From assembly GCA_965203325.1 (NCBI GenBank), contig OZ241875.1:3488001-3552000 (forward strand): 64,000 nt of DNA, written 5' to 3'. Of the stretch, positions 9,651 through 19,285 are shown in pieces. The position numbers and the translations under genes were made by a program. The notes under the pieces are model-generated. The model had not been told where the DNA came from. It worked only from the letters and a program-made list of their open reading frames with translations, and did not search any database. Source of the stretch: a bacterium. Lineage in GTDB: Bacteria > UBA8248. Position 1 is the stretch's first letter; the number at the start of each line of letters is the position of its first letter.

Positions 9651-9903
9651 GTAGAGCCGGTTCGCGAACCGCCCCTACAGTTGGAGCGCCTCTTGAAGCG
9701 TAGGCGCGAATACCCACTCGGTTTTGTTCGTCATTTCTGAGTGAGGAAGGTTTTTTCAACATCTCCCCCTTCAACGAACTGTTGAACAAGTCTCTCGGTC
9801 GGTGTTGTGGTTGTCCTTTTTCAGGATGGTTCGAGTCAGGACAGGCACGGAGGCCTGTCCCTACGGGGCGTCCCTCGATACGGCCCCCTTCGGTAGGCTC
9901 AGG
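9651..9903. repeat. Cluster of REP-like palindromes and orphan element ends
   Basis: GTAGAGCCGGTTCGCGAACCGCCCCTAC (9651-9678); orphan ends at 9749-9766 and about 9776-9792; GGACAGGCACGGAGGCCTGTCCCTAC (9839-9864); E1-type fragment CCCTCGATACG..CTCAGG (9872-9903). Confidence 0.7.
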
Positions 9904-10678
9904 GGTTTCGCTCGGCGATAAGGCGCAGGCCCAGGAGGGTCAAATCGGGGTTGATCAGGTCGAAAATTCCGTCTTCTTCGTTTAATGCCAGGCTGTGGCC
10001 GCCCGTTGCGACGACTTTCGCGCCGCTCCCGAGTTCCGCTTTCATGCGCTCCACGATTTCCCGCACCAAGCCCCGGTAGCCGTACGCGATGCCTGCCTGA
10101 ATGCTGTGCACCGTGTTCTTCCCGATGATGGTGGGGGGTACTACGGTCTCGACCCGGGGGAGGCGGGCCGTTTTGTCGATGAGCGCCTCCAGCGCGATTC
10201 CCAGGCCGGGCGATATGGCGCCGCCCAGGTATTCGCCCCCGGCGGATATCGCGTCGAAGGTGATGGCCGTTCCGAAATCGACGATGATCAAGGGCCCGCC
10301 GTAGAGGTGGTGTCCGGCGACGGCGTTGACGATTCTGTCCGCCCCCACCTCGCGGGGGTTGTCGTACTTGATGGAGATGCCCGTCCGTATGCCCGGACCG
10401 ACGACCAGCGGTTTGACGCCGAAATAGCGCTTCGCCATCTCCTCCAGGTTCGGCCCCAGGGGGGGAACGACGCTCGCGATCACCACGCGGCCCACGTCCG
10501 ACATCTCGTGACGCCCGAGCCGGAACAAGCCTTCCATGAGGATGGCCAGCTCATCCGTCGTGCGGCGGGCCACGGAGCCGAGCCGCCAGCTCGAAGCGAG
10601 TTCTTCGCCGTCGAAAAGCCCCACGACGGTCTGCGTATTGCCCACGTCGATGGCCAGCAAATAGGAGCCCTGGTTCAT
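9899..10678 (-). CDS. coaX: Type III pantothenate kinase
   Basis: LAIDVGNTQT, SVVP, VGADR, VDFGTA.TFD, GGAI.PG, ATGG. Confidence 0.97.
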   Translation of the reverse strand: MNQGSYLLAIDVGNTQTVVGLFDGEELASSWRLGSVARRTTDELAILMEGLFRLGRHEMSDVGRVVIASVVPPLGPNLEEMAKRYFGVKPLVVGPGIRTGISIKYDNPREVGADRIVNAVAGHHLYGGPLIIVDFGTAITFDAISAGGEYLGGAISPGLGIALEALIDKTARLPRVETVVPPTIIGKNTVHSIQAGIAYGYRGLVREIVERMKAELGSGAKVVATGGHSLALNEEDGIFDLINPDLTLLGLRLIAERNP

Positions 10679-11442
10679 GGGAGTTCCACCTCGCCGGAGG
10701 TTATCCGCTCGATGGAGCCGCCCGGTTTTCCGAGGAGCAGGCGGCCCGCCTCGTCAATCCCGTTGTTTTTTCCAACCAAAATCTCATCCGCGGCGCGGAC
10801 GGATATCGTCTCGCCCAGATTGTCGCATAACCCGAGCCAGCGGTCTCGGACGGCGCCGAAACCGCTCGTTTCATATTCCTTGTACCAGAAAGCGACTCGC
10901 GCCAGAAGGAGATCGAGGAGACACTCCGCGTCGGGAACCCGTCCTCCCGAGAGAAGGATTGAAGAGGCCGACTCGCCCAGTTCGGGGGGGAAGTCGGCTT
11001 CGCGCGTCGTGAGGTTCACGCCCAATCCTGCGACGACGGCGGGAGGCTGGTTCGGGGGTTCGAAGTATTCGCACAGGATTCCGCCGATTTTTTTACCCTT
11101 GACCCGCAGGTCGTTCGGCCATTTGAGCCCGACCCGGAGGCCGGTCGCCTCCGCGATTCCTTCTGCGGAGGCGACGCCGAGCAGGAGCGTCAGGAGGGGT
11201 GAATTTTCAGCTTCGCCATCTGGGCGAAACAGGATGGAGAAATAGAGTCCGCTCCCGTGTGGTGAGAACCAGGAGCGCCCCCTTCTGCCGCGTCCTTTTG
11301 TTTGGGAAATCGCGCGTATCACGAGGCCGCCCGCTTCGCCCGCGCGTGCGCGGGCGGAGACCAGATCGTTGGTGGAGCTTGTCTCGTCAATCGTTTCTAC
11401 GCGCCAGGAGAGCGTCTTTTCGCTGGCGCGGGTGGGGTCCAT
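10675..11442 (-). CDS. birA: Biotin-[acetyl-CoA-carboxylase] ligase (no N-terminal HTH)
   Basis: SSTND, QTKGRGRRGRSWFSP, LKWPND, KKIGGIL.E, GLGVN. Confidence 0.95.
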   Translation of the reverse strand: MDPTRASEKTLSWRVETIDETSSTNDLVSARARAGEAGGLVIRAISQTKGRGRRGRSWFSPHGSGLYFSILFRPDGEAENSPLLTLLLGVASAEGIAEATGLRVGLKWPNDLRVKGKKIGGILCEYFEPPNQPPAVVAGLGVNLTTREADFPPELGESASSILLSGGRVPDAECLLDLLLARVAFWYKEYETSGFGAVRDRWLGLCDNLGETISVRAADEILVGKNNGIDEAGRLLLGKPGGSIERITSGEVELP

Positions 11443-14064
11443 CTAGTCCTGAAACTCTGCGATGCGCTCTGCGCTCTCGCGAAGTTTTTCCGCGCGCTCC
11501 TGCGTTTCGTGAAGACGGTTTTTGTCCTTCTCCACGATCTCGGCGGGCGCGCGTTCGATGAAAGCGGGGTTGGCGAGTTTTTTCTCGAGGCCCGATATCG
11601 CATCGTCCGCGTCGGCGATTTGCTTGTGGAGGCGCTTCAACTCCTCTTCGACGTCGATGAGTCCGCCGATGGGGACGAACGCCTGCCCGTAGCCGAAAAC
11701 GGTGTGGGCCGACGCCTTGGGACGCTCCACGTCGGGGCCGACCTTCCAGTCAGGCGCGATTTTGGCCAGTCGCCGAATCCACTCGGATTCGCGCATGATG
11801 ACGTCGATTTTCTCGGGGTCTTGCACCTGAATTTGCGCGGGCATCTCCTTGTTGGGGGAAATGTTGAGCTCCCCCCGTATGTTTCTGATGCCGCCGATCA
11901 TCTCCGTCAGGGCCTCGAACTCCGCTTCCGCTTGGGGGTCGTCCCACCCCTCCTGTGGCTTCGGCCATTCGGCCACCATGATGCTCTCGCCCGTGCGGTT
12001 CGGAAGTCTTTGCCATATCTCCTCGGTGATGAAGGGGATGATCGGGTGCAGCAGCCTCAGCGTGCGTTCGAGCGCTTCGGCGAGCACGGCGCGGCTGGCG
12101 TCGCCCCGCTCCCCGGAGGTGAGGGCGGGTTTGATGACTTCCAGATACCAGTCGCAGAGCTCATGCCAGGTGAAGTGGTAGAGCGCGAGGGCGGCGTCGT
12201 TGAATCGGTATTCCTCGAGCGCTTCGTCCATCTGGCGCGTCACGCCGTTCAGGCGGCTCAGTATCCACCTGTCCCCGAGGGAGAGTTCTTCTCTGGGCGG
12301 CATGGGCGGAACGCTCTCGCCCAGGTTCATCAGGGTGAAGCGGGCGGCGTTCCAGATTTTGTTGCAGAAGTTCCGGTACCCGGCGATTCGCTCGGTGGAC
12401 AGGCGTATGTCGCGCCCCTGGGCGGCCATCGCGGTGAGGGTGAAGCGCAGTGAATCCGTTCCGAATTCCTCGATGATCTCGAGCGGGTCGATGATGTTCC
12501 CGCGCGTCTTGCTCATCTTGTGTCCCTGCTCGTCCCGCACCAGCGCGTGAATGTAGACGTCGCGGAAGGGGACGTCGTCCATGAACTTGAGCCCCGTCAT
12601 GATCATCCTCGCCACCCAGAAGAAGATGATGTCGAAGCCTGTGACGAGCACGGACGTGGGGTAGAAGTATTTCAGGTCTTCATTGTCGTCCGGCCATCCG
12701 AACGTCGAGAAGGGCCACAGAGCCGAGCTGAACCAGGTGTCGAGCACGTCGGTTTCGCGTCTCAGGTTCGGGTCGCCCGGATCTTCGCGCGAGACGACCA
12801 CCTCCCCGGTGTCGTCGTTGTACCAGGCGGGTATCTGGTGGCCCCACCAGATCTGGCGGCTGATGCACCAGTCCCGGATGTTGTGCATCCACTCGAAATA
12901 GGTGGACTCCCACTGTTTGGGGATGATCTTGATTCGCCCGTCTTCGACGGCGCGTATCGATTCCTCCGCCAGCGGCTTCGCGCGCACGAACCATTGTTTC
13001 GAGAGGTAAGGCTCCACCACCGTGCCGCAGCGGTAGCATCCGCCGATGGCGTGACGATGGGCCTCCACCCCGCGCATCAACCCCTGCGCTTCCATGTCGG
13101 CGACGATGCGCTCGCGCGCCACGAAGCGGTCCAGCCCCTCGTAGGGGCCTCCGTTTTCGTTGATCTTCGCGTCCGGCGTGAGGATGTTGACTTGCGGCAG
13201 GTCGTTTCTGAGGCCCGCCTCGAAATCGTTCGGGTCGTGCGCGGGCGTGACCTTCACGGCGCCGGAGCCGAACTCGGCGTCCACGAAAGAATCCGCGATG
13301 ACGGGGATTTTCCTGTCCAGAAGCGGCAGGCGCAGATGCTCGCCCACGAGGTTCTTGTATCTCTCGTCGTCGGGGTGGACGGCTACGGCCGTATCGCCGA
13401 GCATGGTCTCGGGGCGCGTCGTCGCGATGGTGACGCCGTCCCCGCCGTTCCAGAGCGGGTAGTGAAAATTCCACAGGTGGCCGTCGTGTTCTTCGTGTTC
13501 GACTTCCAGGTCGGAAACGGCCGTCCCGCACCTCGGACACCAGTTCACCAGATAGTTGTCGCGGTAGATCAGCCCCTCTTCATAGAGCCTCACGAAGGCC
13601 TCGCGCACGGCGCGGGAGAGCCCCTCGTCCATCGTGAACCGCTCGCGCTCCCAGTCGCACGAAGCGCCCAGGCGGTGAAGCTGGTGGATGATGGTTCCGC
13701 CGCTCTCGGCCTTCCACTTCCAGACGCGCTCGATGAATTTCTCACGCCCCAGGGATTCGCGCGATTGATTCTCCTCGGCGAGTTGGCGCTCCACCACGTT
13801 CTGGGTGGCGATGCCCGCGTGGTCGGTGCCGGGCATCCAGCAGACGCGCAGGCCGCTCATGCGTTTCCAGCGGACGAGGATGTCCTGCAGGGTATTGTTC
13901 AGGGCGTGTCCCATGTGGAGCGAGCCCGTCACGTTCGGAGGCGGGATGACGATGGAGTAAGGCTCGTGGCTCTCGCTGGGCGCGCCGTGAAAATATCCGC
14001 CCTTCAGCCACTCGGCATACCAGCGATCTTCGGCCCCTTTCGGGTCGTAGCGGGGTTCCAGCAA
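11443..14064 (-). CDS. valS: Valine-tRNA ligase
   Basis: PPPNVTGSLHMGH, DHAGIATQ, DWCISRQIWWGH, DTWFSS, KMSKT, C-terminal coiled coil. Confidence 0.99.
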   Translation of the reverse strand: MLEPRYDPKGAEDRWYAEWLKGGYFHGAPSESHEPYSIVIPPPNVTGSLHMGHALNNTLQDILVRWKRMSGLRVCWMPGTDHAGIATQNVVERQLAEENQSRESLGREKFIERVWKWKAESGGTIIHQLHRLGASCDWERERFTMDEGLSRAVREAFVRLYEEGLIYRDNYLVNWCPRCGTAVSDLEVEHEEHDGHLWNFHYPLWNGGDGVTIATTRPETMLGDTAVAVHPDDERYKNLVGEHLRLPLLDRKIPVIADSFVDAEFGSGAVKVTPAHDPNDFEAGLRNDLPQVNILTPDAKINENGGPYEGLDRFVARERIVADMEAQGLMRGVEAHRHAIGGCYRCGTVVEPYLSKQWFVRAKPLAEESIRAVEDGRIKIIPKQWESTYFEWMHNIRDWCISRQIWWGHQIPAWYNDDTGEVVVSREDPGDPNLRRETDVLDTWFSSALWPFSTFGWPDDNEDLKYFYPTSVLVTGFDIIFFWVARMIMTGLKFMDDVPFRDVYIHALVRDEQGHKMSKTRGNIIDPLEIIEEFGTDSLRFTLTAMAAQGRDIRLSTERIAGYRNFCNKIWNAARFTLMNLGESVPPMPPREELSLGDRWILSRLNGVTRQMDEALEEYRFNDAALALYHFTWHELCDWYLEVIKPALTSGERGDASRAVLAEALERTLRLLHPIIPFITEEIWQRLPNRTGESIMVAEWPKPQEGWDDPQAEAEFEALTEMIGGIRNIRGELNISPNKEMPAQIQVQDPEKIDVIMRESEWIRRLAKIAPDWKVGPDVERPKASAHTVFGYGQAFVPIGGLIDVEEELKRLHKQIADADDAISGLEKKLANPAFIERAPAEIVEKDKNRLHETQERAEKLRESAERIAEFQD

Positions 14065-14067
14065 AAC

Positions 14068-14778
14068 TTATTCTCCGCGTTTGATTTTATCGATTTCTCG
14101 AATGACGATTTTCTCTACGATATAGGGGAGCTGTTTTACCACGGCGTCTTCGATGTGGCTGAGCAACGTGGGGGCGATCTTTTCTGCCGCTTCTTCCAGA
14201 TGTTTGCCGATTATGGGAGCGAGTGTTTCGCTGTCGAGGGCGAGCGGGGCGTCGGAGGGGGCGACTTGCTGCTCATCGCTGGCAGATTCCGCGCCTTCCG
14301 CTTCGGCGGAAAGCGTTCCAACGGATTCCCCTATGGCGTCTCCTGAAGAGGAGGGCGATTCCTCTATCCCGATTTCCGGGGAATCGGGCTCCGGTGTCGA
14401 TGTGCTATGTCCATGACCGATGATGCGCTCCACTTCGTCCGTGAATACCACCGGTTTGAACGGTTTTTCGATGTTCGCCACCGCGCCCACTTCCTGGATT
14501 TCCTCATCGCTGACGCTGTTGCGCGTGCTCGTTAAAACGAGGAGAGGGACTTGGGAGAGTTCCGGTTTTTCGCGCAGGCGACGGCAAAAGGCCAAGCCGT
14601 CGGAACCCTCCATGTCCAGGCTCGCGACGACGACGTCCGGCGCCGCATTCTCCGCCATTTCAAGCGCTTCGTCTGCATTCTCGGCTATCTGGACGTCGAT
14701 TCCCTTATCCCTGTAGGCCAATTCCACGACGCGTTGCACCAGGAGGCTTTCATCGAGGAGAAGTAATTTGGTTGTCAT
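14068..14778 (-). CDS. RomR-like protein: atypical receiver domain, acidic disordered linker, PopZ/RomR-type C-terminal helix
   Basis: REC fold (LLLLDES..PDVVVAS..KPF) with Ser53 at the phosphoacceptor position; E/S/P-rich linker; C-terminal LPYIVEKIVIREIDKIKRG; stop 3 bp before valS; likely ATG 14778. Confidence 0.7.
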   Translation of the reverse strand: MTTKLLLLDESLLVQRVVELAYRDKGIDVQIAENADEALEMAENAAPDVVVASLDMEGSDGLAFCRRLREKPELSQVPLLVLTSTRNSVSDEEIQEVGAVANIEKPFKPVVFTDEVERIIGHGHSTSTPEPDSPEIGIEESPSSSGDAIGESVGTLSAEAEGAESASDEQQVAPSDAPLALDSETLAPIIGKHLEEAAEKIAPTLLSHIEDAVVKQLPYIVEKIVIREIDKIKRGE

Positions 14779-14934
14779 ATGATCGGTCCTCGTCCGGTCG
14801 TTCGCTGGATGAGCCGAAAGGACGATAAAAGCCAGCAGTCCACGCTCAAATATCTTTGCAACTCTTGAGCCTTCTTGCGCCGGGCAACTGGTTGACAATC
14901 ATGCCACCACCGCAATTCCGGGGTCAACCAGTTT

Positions 14935-16002
14935 CTATTTGCGCTGGTACCGGTTCACGGCGCGGCGGTGTTCGCGGTACGTGCGGGAAAATCGATGGCC
15001 GCCTTCCTTGGTGGCCACGAAATACAGGTATTTCACCTTGGCGGGATTCAAGGCCGATTTGATGGATTCCAGCCCCGGGCTGGCGATGGGGCCCGGGGGA
15101 AGTCCCCGGTGGAGGTAGGTGTTGTAGGGTGAATCGTATCGCAAATCTTTTTTGGTGATGTTTCCGTCGAAACGGGGAAGCCCGTATATGACGGTGGGGT
15201 CGCTCTGGAGGCGCATTCTTCGTTTGAGCCGGTTGATGAACACGGCGGCGATGAGTGGCCGTTCGCTGCGGAGAGATGTCTCTTTTTCGATAATCGAGGC
15301 GAGGGTGAGCGCCTGGTGCATGGTGAATCCCATCGTTTTCGCCTGCTCTCTGAGAGCGGGCGAGAATTTCCTCCGCATCGTGCGAACCATGAAATCCAGG
15401 ATTTTCTTCGACGAGGCGCCCACCGGGAATTGATACGTGTCGGGGAATAGATATCCCTCGATGGAGGCCGCGGAAATCTTGAGTTCCCGAAGGAAAGAAG
15501 GATCGCGGGAGAGTCTGAGAATTTCCTCTTCGTCTGCGAGTTTCGCACGGTGAATCGTTCGAGCGATTTCCCGGACGTTGTAACCCTCGGGAATGGTGAA
15601 CGTGCGCCGGGCGACTCTGCCCTCCGACAGATGCCGGTATATCTCTCGAGGCGACATGGATGCTTTGAGCGCATAGACGCCGGCCTGAATGCTTGTTGCG
15701 CCGCCTCTGAGTCTGGCCTGTAAATGGAACAACCCGGGGTTTTGAATCAGGCGGTTTTTCTCCAGCAATTCGAGTATTTGGGCGAAGGACATGCCCGGGC
15801 GGATGTGGACGTGTTTCGTTTCATTCGCCTTGGGGTTCGCGGGCCGACGGAATTCATCGTCGAGATATTGATAGCCGATGAAAGCGGCCAGGACGATGGA
15901 GGAGAAAAGGGCGACGAGGATTTTCCCGAGCCGCCTCTTCTTGGCGGGAGGCGATGTTTCCGGCGCATCGGATTCTTCGGGGGGATTTTCTTGTTCACTC
16001 AT
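14935..16002 (-). CDS. mltG: Endolytic transglycosylase MltG
   Basis: TM anchor, TIPEG, EGYLFPDTY, LASIIEKE, LQSDPT, SPYNTY..GLPPGPI. Confidence 0.97.
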   Translation of the reverse strand: MSEQENPPEESDAPETSPPAKKRRLGKILVALFSSIVLAAFIGYQYLDDEFRRPANPKANETKHVHIRPGMSFAQILELLEKNRLIQNPGLFHLQARLRGGATSIQAGVYALKASMSPREIYRHLSEGRVARRTFTIPEGYNVREIARTIHRAKLADEEEILRLSRDPSFLRELKISAASIEGYLFPDTYQFPVGASSKKILDFMVRTMRRKFSPALREQAKTMGFTMHQALTLASIIEKETSLRSERPLIAAVFINRLKRRMRLQSDPTVIYGLPRFDGNITKKDLRYDSPYNTYLHRGLPPGPIASPGLESIKSALNPAKVKYLYFVATKEGGHRFSRTYREHRRAVNRYQRK

Positions 16003-16438
16003 GGGAAATCGCGCGTTCCATCCTCTGATGATCCAGGTACGCCTGTAGTATGAGTTGCGCCGCGATGACGTCGCGCTTTTTTATCTTTTTGCTCGGCCTG
16101 GTTTCCGTTTCATTCAAAACCCGGTCCGCCTGCGTCGTGCTGAGCCGCTCGTCCCATTTCTCGACGGGGATCGCTAAATTGTTCCGCAGAAATTTCACGA
16201 GCCTTCTGGTGCGCTTCGCCCTGGACGTATCCCGGTTCGAGAGTCCGACGGGGTGCCCCACAACCAGCAGATGAACATCATGCTCACGGATGATGCCGCT
16301 TACCTCGTCGAGCAGTTGCGCATCACTTCGCCTTTCGATGAGGCCGAGTGGCTGGGACGTCAGACCGAGTGAGTCGCTGATGGCGAGGCCCACGCGTTTT
16401 TCGCCGAAGTCCATTCCCAGGATTCGGGGATGACTCAT
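15995..16438 (-). CDS. ruvX: Pre-16S rRNA nuclease / Holliday junction resolvase-like YqgF
   Basis: ILGMDFGEKRVGLAISD, DERLST, D.IAA.LILQ.YLD; ruvX-mltG synteny. Confidence 0.95.
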   Translation of the reverse strand: MSHPRILGMDFGEKRVGLAISDSLGLTSQPLGLIERRSDAQLLDEVSGIIREHDVHLLVVGHPVGLSNRDTSRAKRTRRLVKFLRNNLAIPVEKWDERLSTTQADRVLNETETRPSKKIKKRDVIAAQLILQAYLDHQRMERAISHE

Positions 16439-18054
16439 TTTTTTCCGGTTTTCGTCTTCGTCTCGCCGGGATAGAACATTTCGATCTGGAATCGTTCAAG
16501 CGTGGAATGGGTCGCCCTATCCAATGAGGCGAGAGATTTGTGGTAGTCGATGAGCGCCCGGGTTTCTTCCGTCAGCGCGTTGGCCAGCCTTTCCTGGTCT
16601 TCGAGAATGTTTCTGCTCGTCGAGAGGCCGACCTTGAATTTCTTCTCCTGGGCGTCGAGGCGCTCCTCCGCCAGCCTTCTGGCGACGCGCGTCGCCTCGA
16701 TTCTTTTTACGTTTACGCGAACCCGGCGCGCGTTGCGACGGACTTCCTCCATGATGGCCTGTTGCGTTTGATGGTAGGAGGCCACCGTTTGGGCGTGCCG
16801 GAGTTGCGCCTGGCGGTAGTCCGCGTTCGCTCTCCTGTTCCCGAGGGGGATGCGGAACGAAACGCCGCCGGAGAAGGTGTAATTTTCGTTCTTGAATTGC
16901 TCTTCAAAAGCTCTTCCTTCGGTTTCCGCAAGAGAGTTGTTGGATGCCGATGCGTTCAAGTTGACTTCGGGAAGCAGGTTTTGCTCCGCCACTTTCATGT
17001 CGATTTTTCTTTTGTCGATTTCGATGCGGGCGTTCTCCAGCGCCGCATGCTTGCGCAAGGCGTCGAGCGTGAGTTTCATCTCGTCCACCTGAACCACCTG
17101 AAATTCGGGCTTGTCCTTCGGCAGAATGCTGATGCTCCAGGCAGAGGGCTCCTCCGCTACGTTGAGCAGCATTTTCAGGGTGTCTTCCCTGTCCTTGACT
17201 TCGCGCTCCGCTACGAGAAGGGCTTCTTCCCGGGAGGCGACGGTGGCTTCCGCCTCCGTTATCTCTATCGGAGCGAGCGTGCCGACCTCGACCTGAATCT
17301 TGTTCCGGCGCAAGAGATCCTTCGCGAGGTCGAGAGACTTTCGCCTGAACTGGAGATTTTCGATGGAGAAGACGAGGTTCCAGTAAGCCTGTTGAACGGC
17401 GTCCACCGTCTGGATAACCCTGCTTCGATACGCATGAAGCGTTTGTTCTTTCGTGGCCATGGCCACCTTGATCCTGGCCCGGTTGATATTGATGCCGAAA
17501 TTCTTGAGCAAGGGTTGTTCGATGGTGAAAGTGAGACTGGTCTGGTAGCTCGGGTCGAAACGGTTCTGTGGAGAGTTTGTCGATTCCCTGATGTTTCGCA
17601 GGATGAGCGAATACTCGGCGCCCGTGATGATTCTCTGGCGGATGCCGGCCGCGATACCCAGGCTGTCGCTTTCCCGTATGCCCCCGGTCGCGTTGAATGC
17701 GCTGTTCGCAGAGCCTAGCTTGGATTTGCTGGCGCTCGCGTCCACAAAGGCCTGGGGGTCGAAGGCGGAGCGTTCCCTGGTGACGTTGCTTTCCGCGATG
17801 TCGGGGTCGAACCCGGCGATGGTGATGTCGAAATTGCGCGCGAGGGCGATGCTCACGGCTTCTCGTATGGACAGCGCGATGCGAGGGCCACTTATGCTCG
17901 GCGGTGCCACGTTGCTGCGTGGACGTTCGAAAGAAGTTTCCGCAGACATGCCGGACGTTGCGGCGGGGGCTGCGTCCGCGAGAAGGAGTGAGGGAAAAGA
18001 GATGAGAACCGAAAGCGCAATACACCGGAAAGACAATAATTTGGGCGGTCTCAT
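16435..18054 (-). CDS. TolC family outer membrane efflux protein
   Basis: Signal peptide, two OEP repeats (LSIREAVSIAL.RN; QPLLKNFG; V.QAYWNL; LPEVNL; KFKVGLST). Confidence 0.9.
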   Translation of the reverse strand: MRPPKLLSFRCIALSVLISFPSLLLADAAPAATSGMSAETSFERPRSNVAPPSISGPRIALSIREAVSIALARNFDITIAGFDPDIAESNVTRERSAFDPQAFVDASASKSKLGSANSAFNATGGIRESDSLGIAAGIRQRIITGAEYSLILRNIRESTNSPQNRFDPSYQTSLTFTIEQPLLKNFGININRARIKVAMATKEQTLHAYRSRVIQTVDAVQQAYWNLVFSIENLQFRRKSLDLAKDLLRRNKIQVEVGTLAPIEITEAEATVASREEALLVAEREVKDREDTLKMLLNVAEEPSAWSISILPKDKPEFQVVQVDEMKLTLDALRKHAALENARIEIDKRKIDMKVAEQNLLPEVNLNASASNNSLAETEGRAFEEQFKNENYTFSGGVSFRIPLGNRRANADYRQAQLRHAQTVASYHQTQQAIMEEVRRNARRVRVNVKRIEATRVARRLAEERLDAQEKKFKVGLSTSRNILEDQERLANALTEETRALIDYHKSLASLDRATHSTLERFQIEMFYPGETKTKTGKK

Positions 18055-18352
18055 ATAAGATATCGCTCCACGTTACCGGCGGCGTAGACCATGAATCGCT
18101 TTTGCCGTGAATCTACCCATCATTCCCGCGATCAAGTTCTCCGGCTTCTTGTGGACATATTACTCATATCGGGACGAAAAGGGAAATGAGTTTTTGTTTT
18201 TCCATCGGTTACTCTTTGTAAATGCGGGGGATAGAGCGTTGCCCCTTCTTTTCTTGCGCAAGTGCGCTACGCTCTGCTAGAAAGATTTTCGGGAGAGACC
18301 TATGGTTCGCAGTTGTATTTCGTGAGCAGCGATTTTTTGAGGTGAGCGAGCG

Positions 18353-19285
18353 GTGGAAGTTTTTGAGGGAGTAGACGCCTATGATTCTGAGGGTTCTCCT
18401 TCGGTATTGAGCATCGGGAATTTTGACGGTGTTCATCTCGCTCATAGAGAGATTTGCCGGTTCATCAAGGAAGAGGCCGCCCGGCGCGGCGGCCGGAGCG
18501 TCATACTGACGTTCGAGCCGCACCCGCTCTCCGTGGTCGCCCCCGAAAGACGCCCCCCTCTGATGACGACCTTGGAAGAAAAGCTGGCCCGCCTGGAAGC
18601 CCGGAACGTCGACGCCGTGGTGGTCGAGAAATTCACGCCTTTCCTGGCGCAAACCGAAGCGGGGGATTTCGTGCGGCGCATTATCGGCGAGGGCCTCAAA
18701 GCCGCGTTGGTGGTGATCGGCTTCAATTTCCGGTTCGGGAAAGGACGCGCGGGAAATGTCGAACTGCTGCAGGAAGCGGGGGCCGACGCCGGGTTCGAAA
18801 CGCACGTGCTGGAGCCTTATATGTTCGAGGGGCGGCGGGTCAGCAGCACGGAGATACGAAAGCTGTTGCTGAGCGGAGCGGTCGAGGAGGCCGCACGCCG
18901 GTTGGGGCAGCACCATATGATAGAAGGGCGGGTGGTCCGGGGCGACGGGCGGGGCCGCCAAATCGGCATACCGACCGCCAACGTGGACTATCCGCCCATC
19001 CTGATTCCCGAAAACGGGGTGTACGCCTGCCGCGTGCAGATAGACGGCAGGGAGGGCCCCCGGTATCCCGCCGTGACGAACATCGGCAATCGCCCCACGT
19101 TCGATAAAAAGGAAGTGACTCTCGAAACCCATCTGCTCGATTGGGAAGGGGACCTTTACGAAAAATCCATTCGGGTGGAGTTCGTCTCCCGCCTGCGCGA
19201 GGAGAAGAAGTTTTCAGGCCCCGAAGAACTCGTCCGGCAAATTCACGTCGATATCGAAAACGGGCGGAAAAAATTGAGCGCCTAG
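18353..19285 (+). CDS. ribF: Bifunctional riboflavin kinase/FAD synthetase
   Basis: IGNFDGVHLAH, TFEPHP, FRFGKGR.G, VSSTEIR, GRQIGIPTAN, NIGNRPT, ETHLLD. Confidence 0.97.
   Translation: MEVFEGVDAYDSEGSPSVLSIGNFDGVHLAHREICRFIKEEAARRGGRSVILTFEPHPLSVVAPERRPPLMTTLEEKLARLEARNVDAVVVEKFTPFLAQTEAGDFVRRIIGEGLKAALVVIGFNFRFGKGRAGNVELLQEAGADAGFETHVLEPYMFEGRRVSSTEIRKLLLSGAVEEAARRLGQHHMIEGRVVRGDGRGRQIGIPTANVDYPPILIPENGVYACRVQIDGREGPRYPAVTNIGNRPTFDKKEVTLETHLLDWEGDLYEKSIRVEFVSRLREEKKFSGPEELVRQIHVDIENGRKKLSA

Noticed and set aside
2022..18058. Other long overlapping ORFs (e.g. 2022-3632, 4517-6427, 9995-11245, 12520-14346, 16540-17718)
   Set aside because: Each overlaps a confidently identified gene on the other strand or frame.
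18055..18352. FMN riboswitch upstream of ribF
   Set aside because: No RFN consensus motifs recognised.
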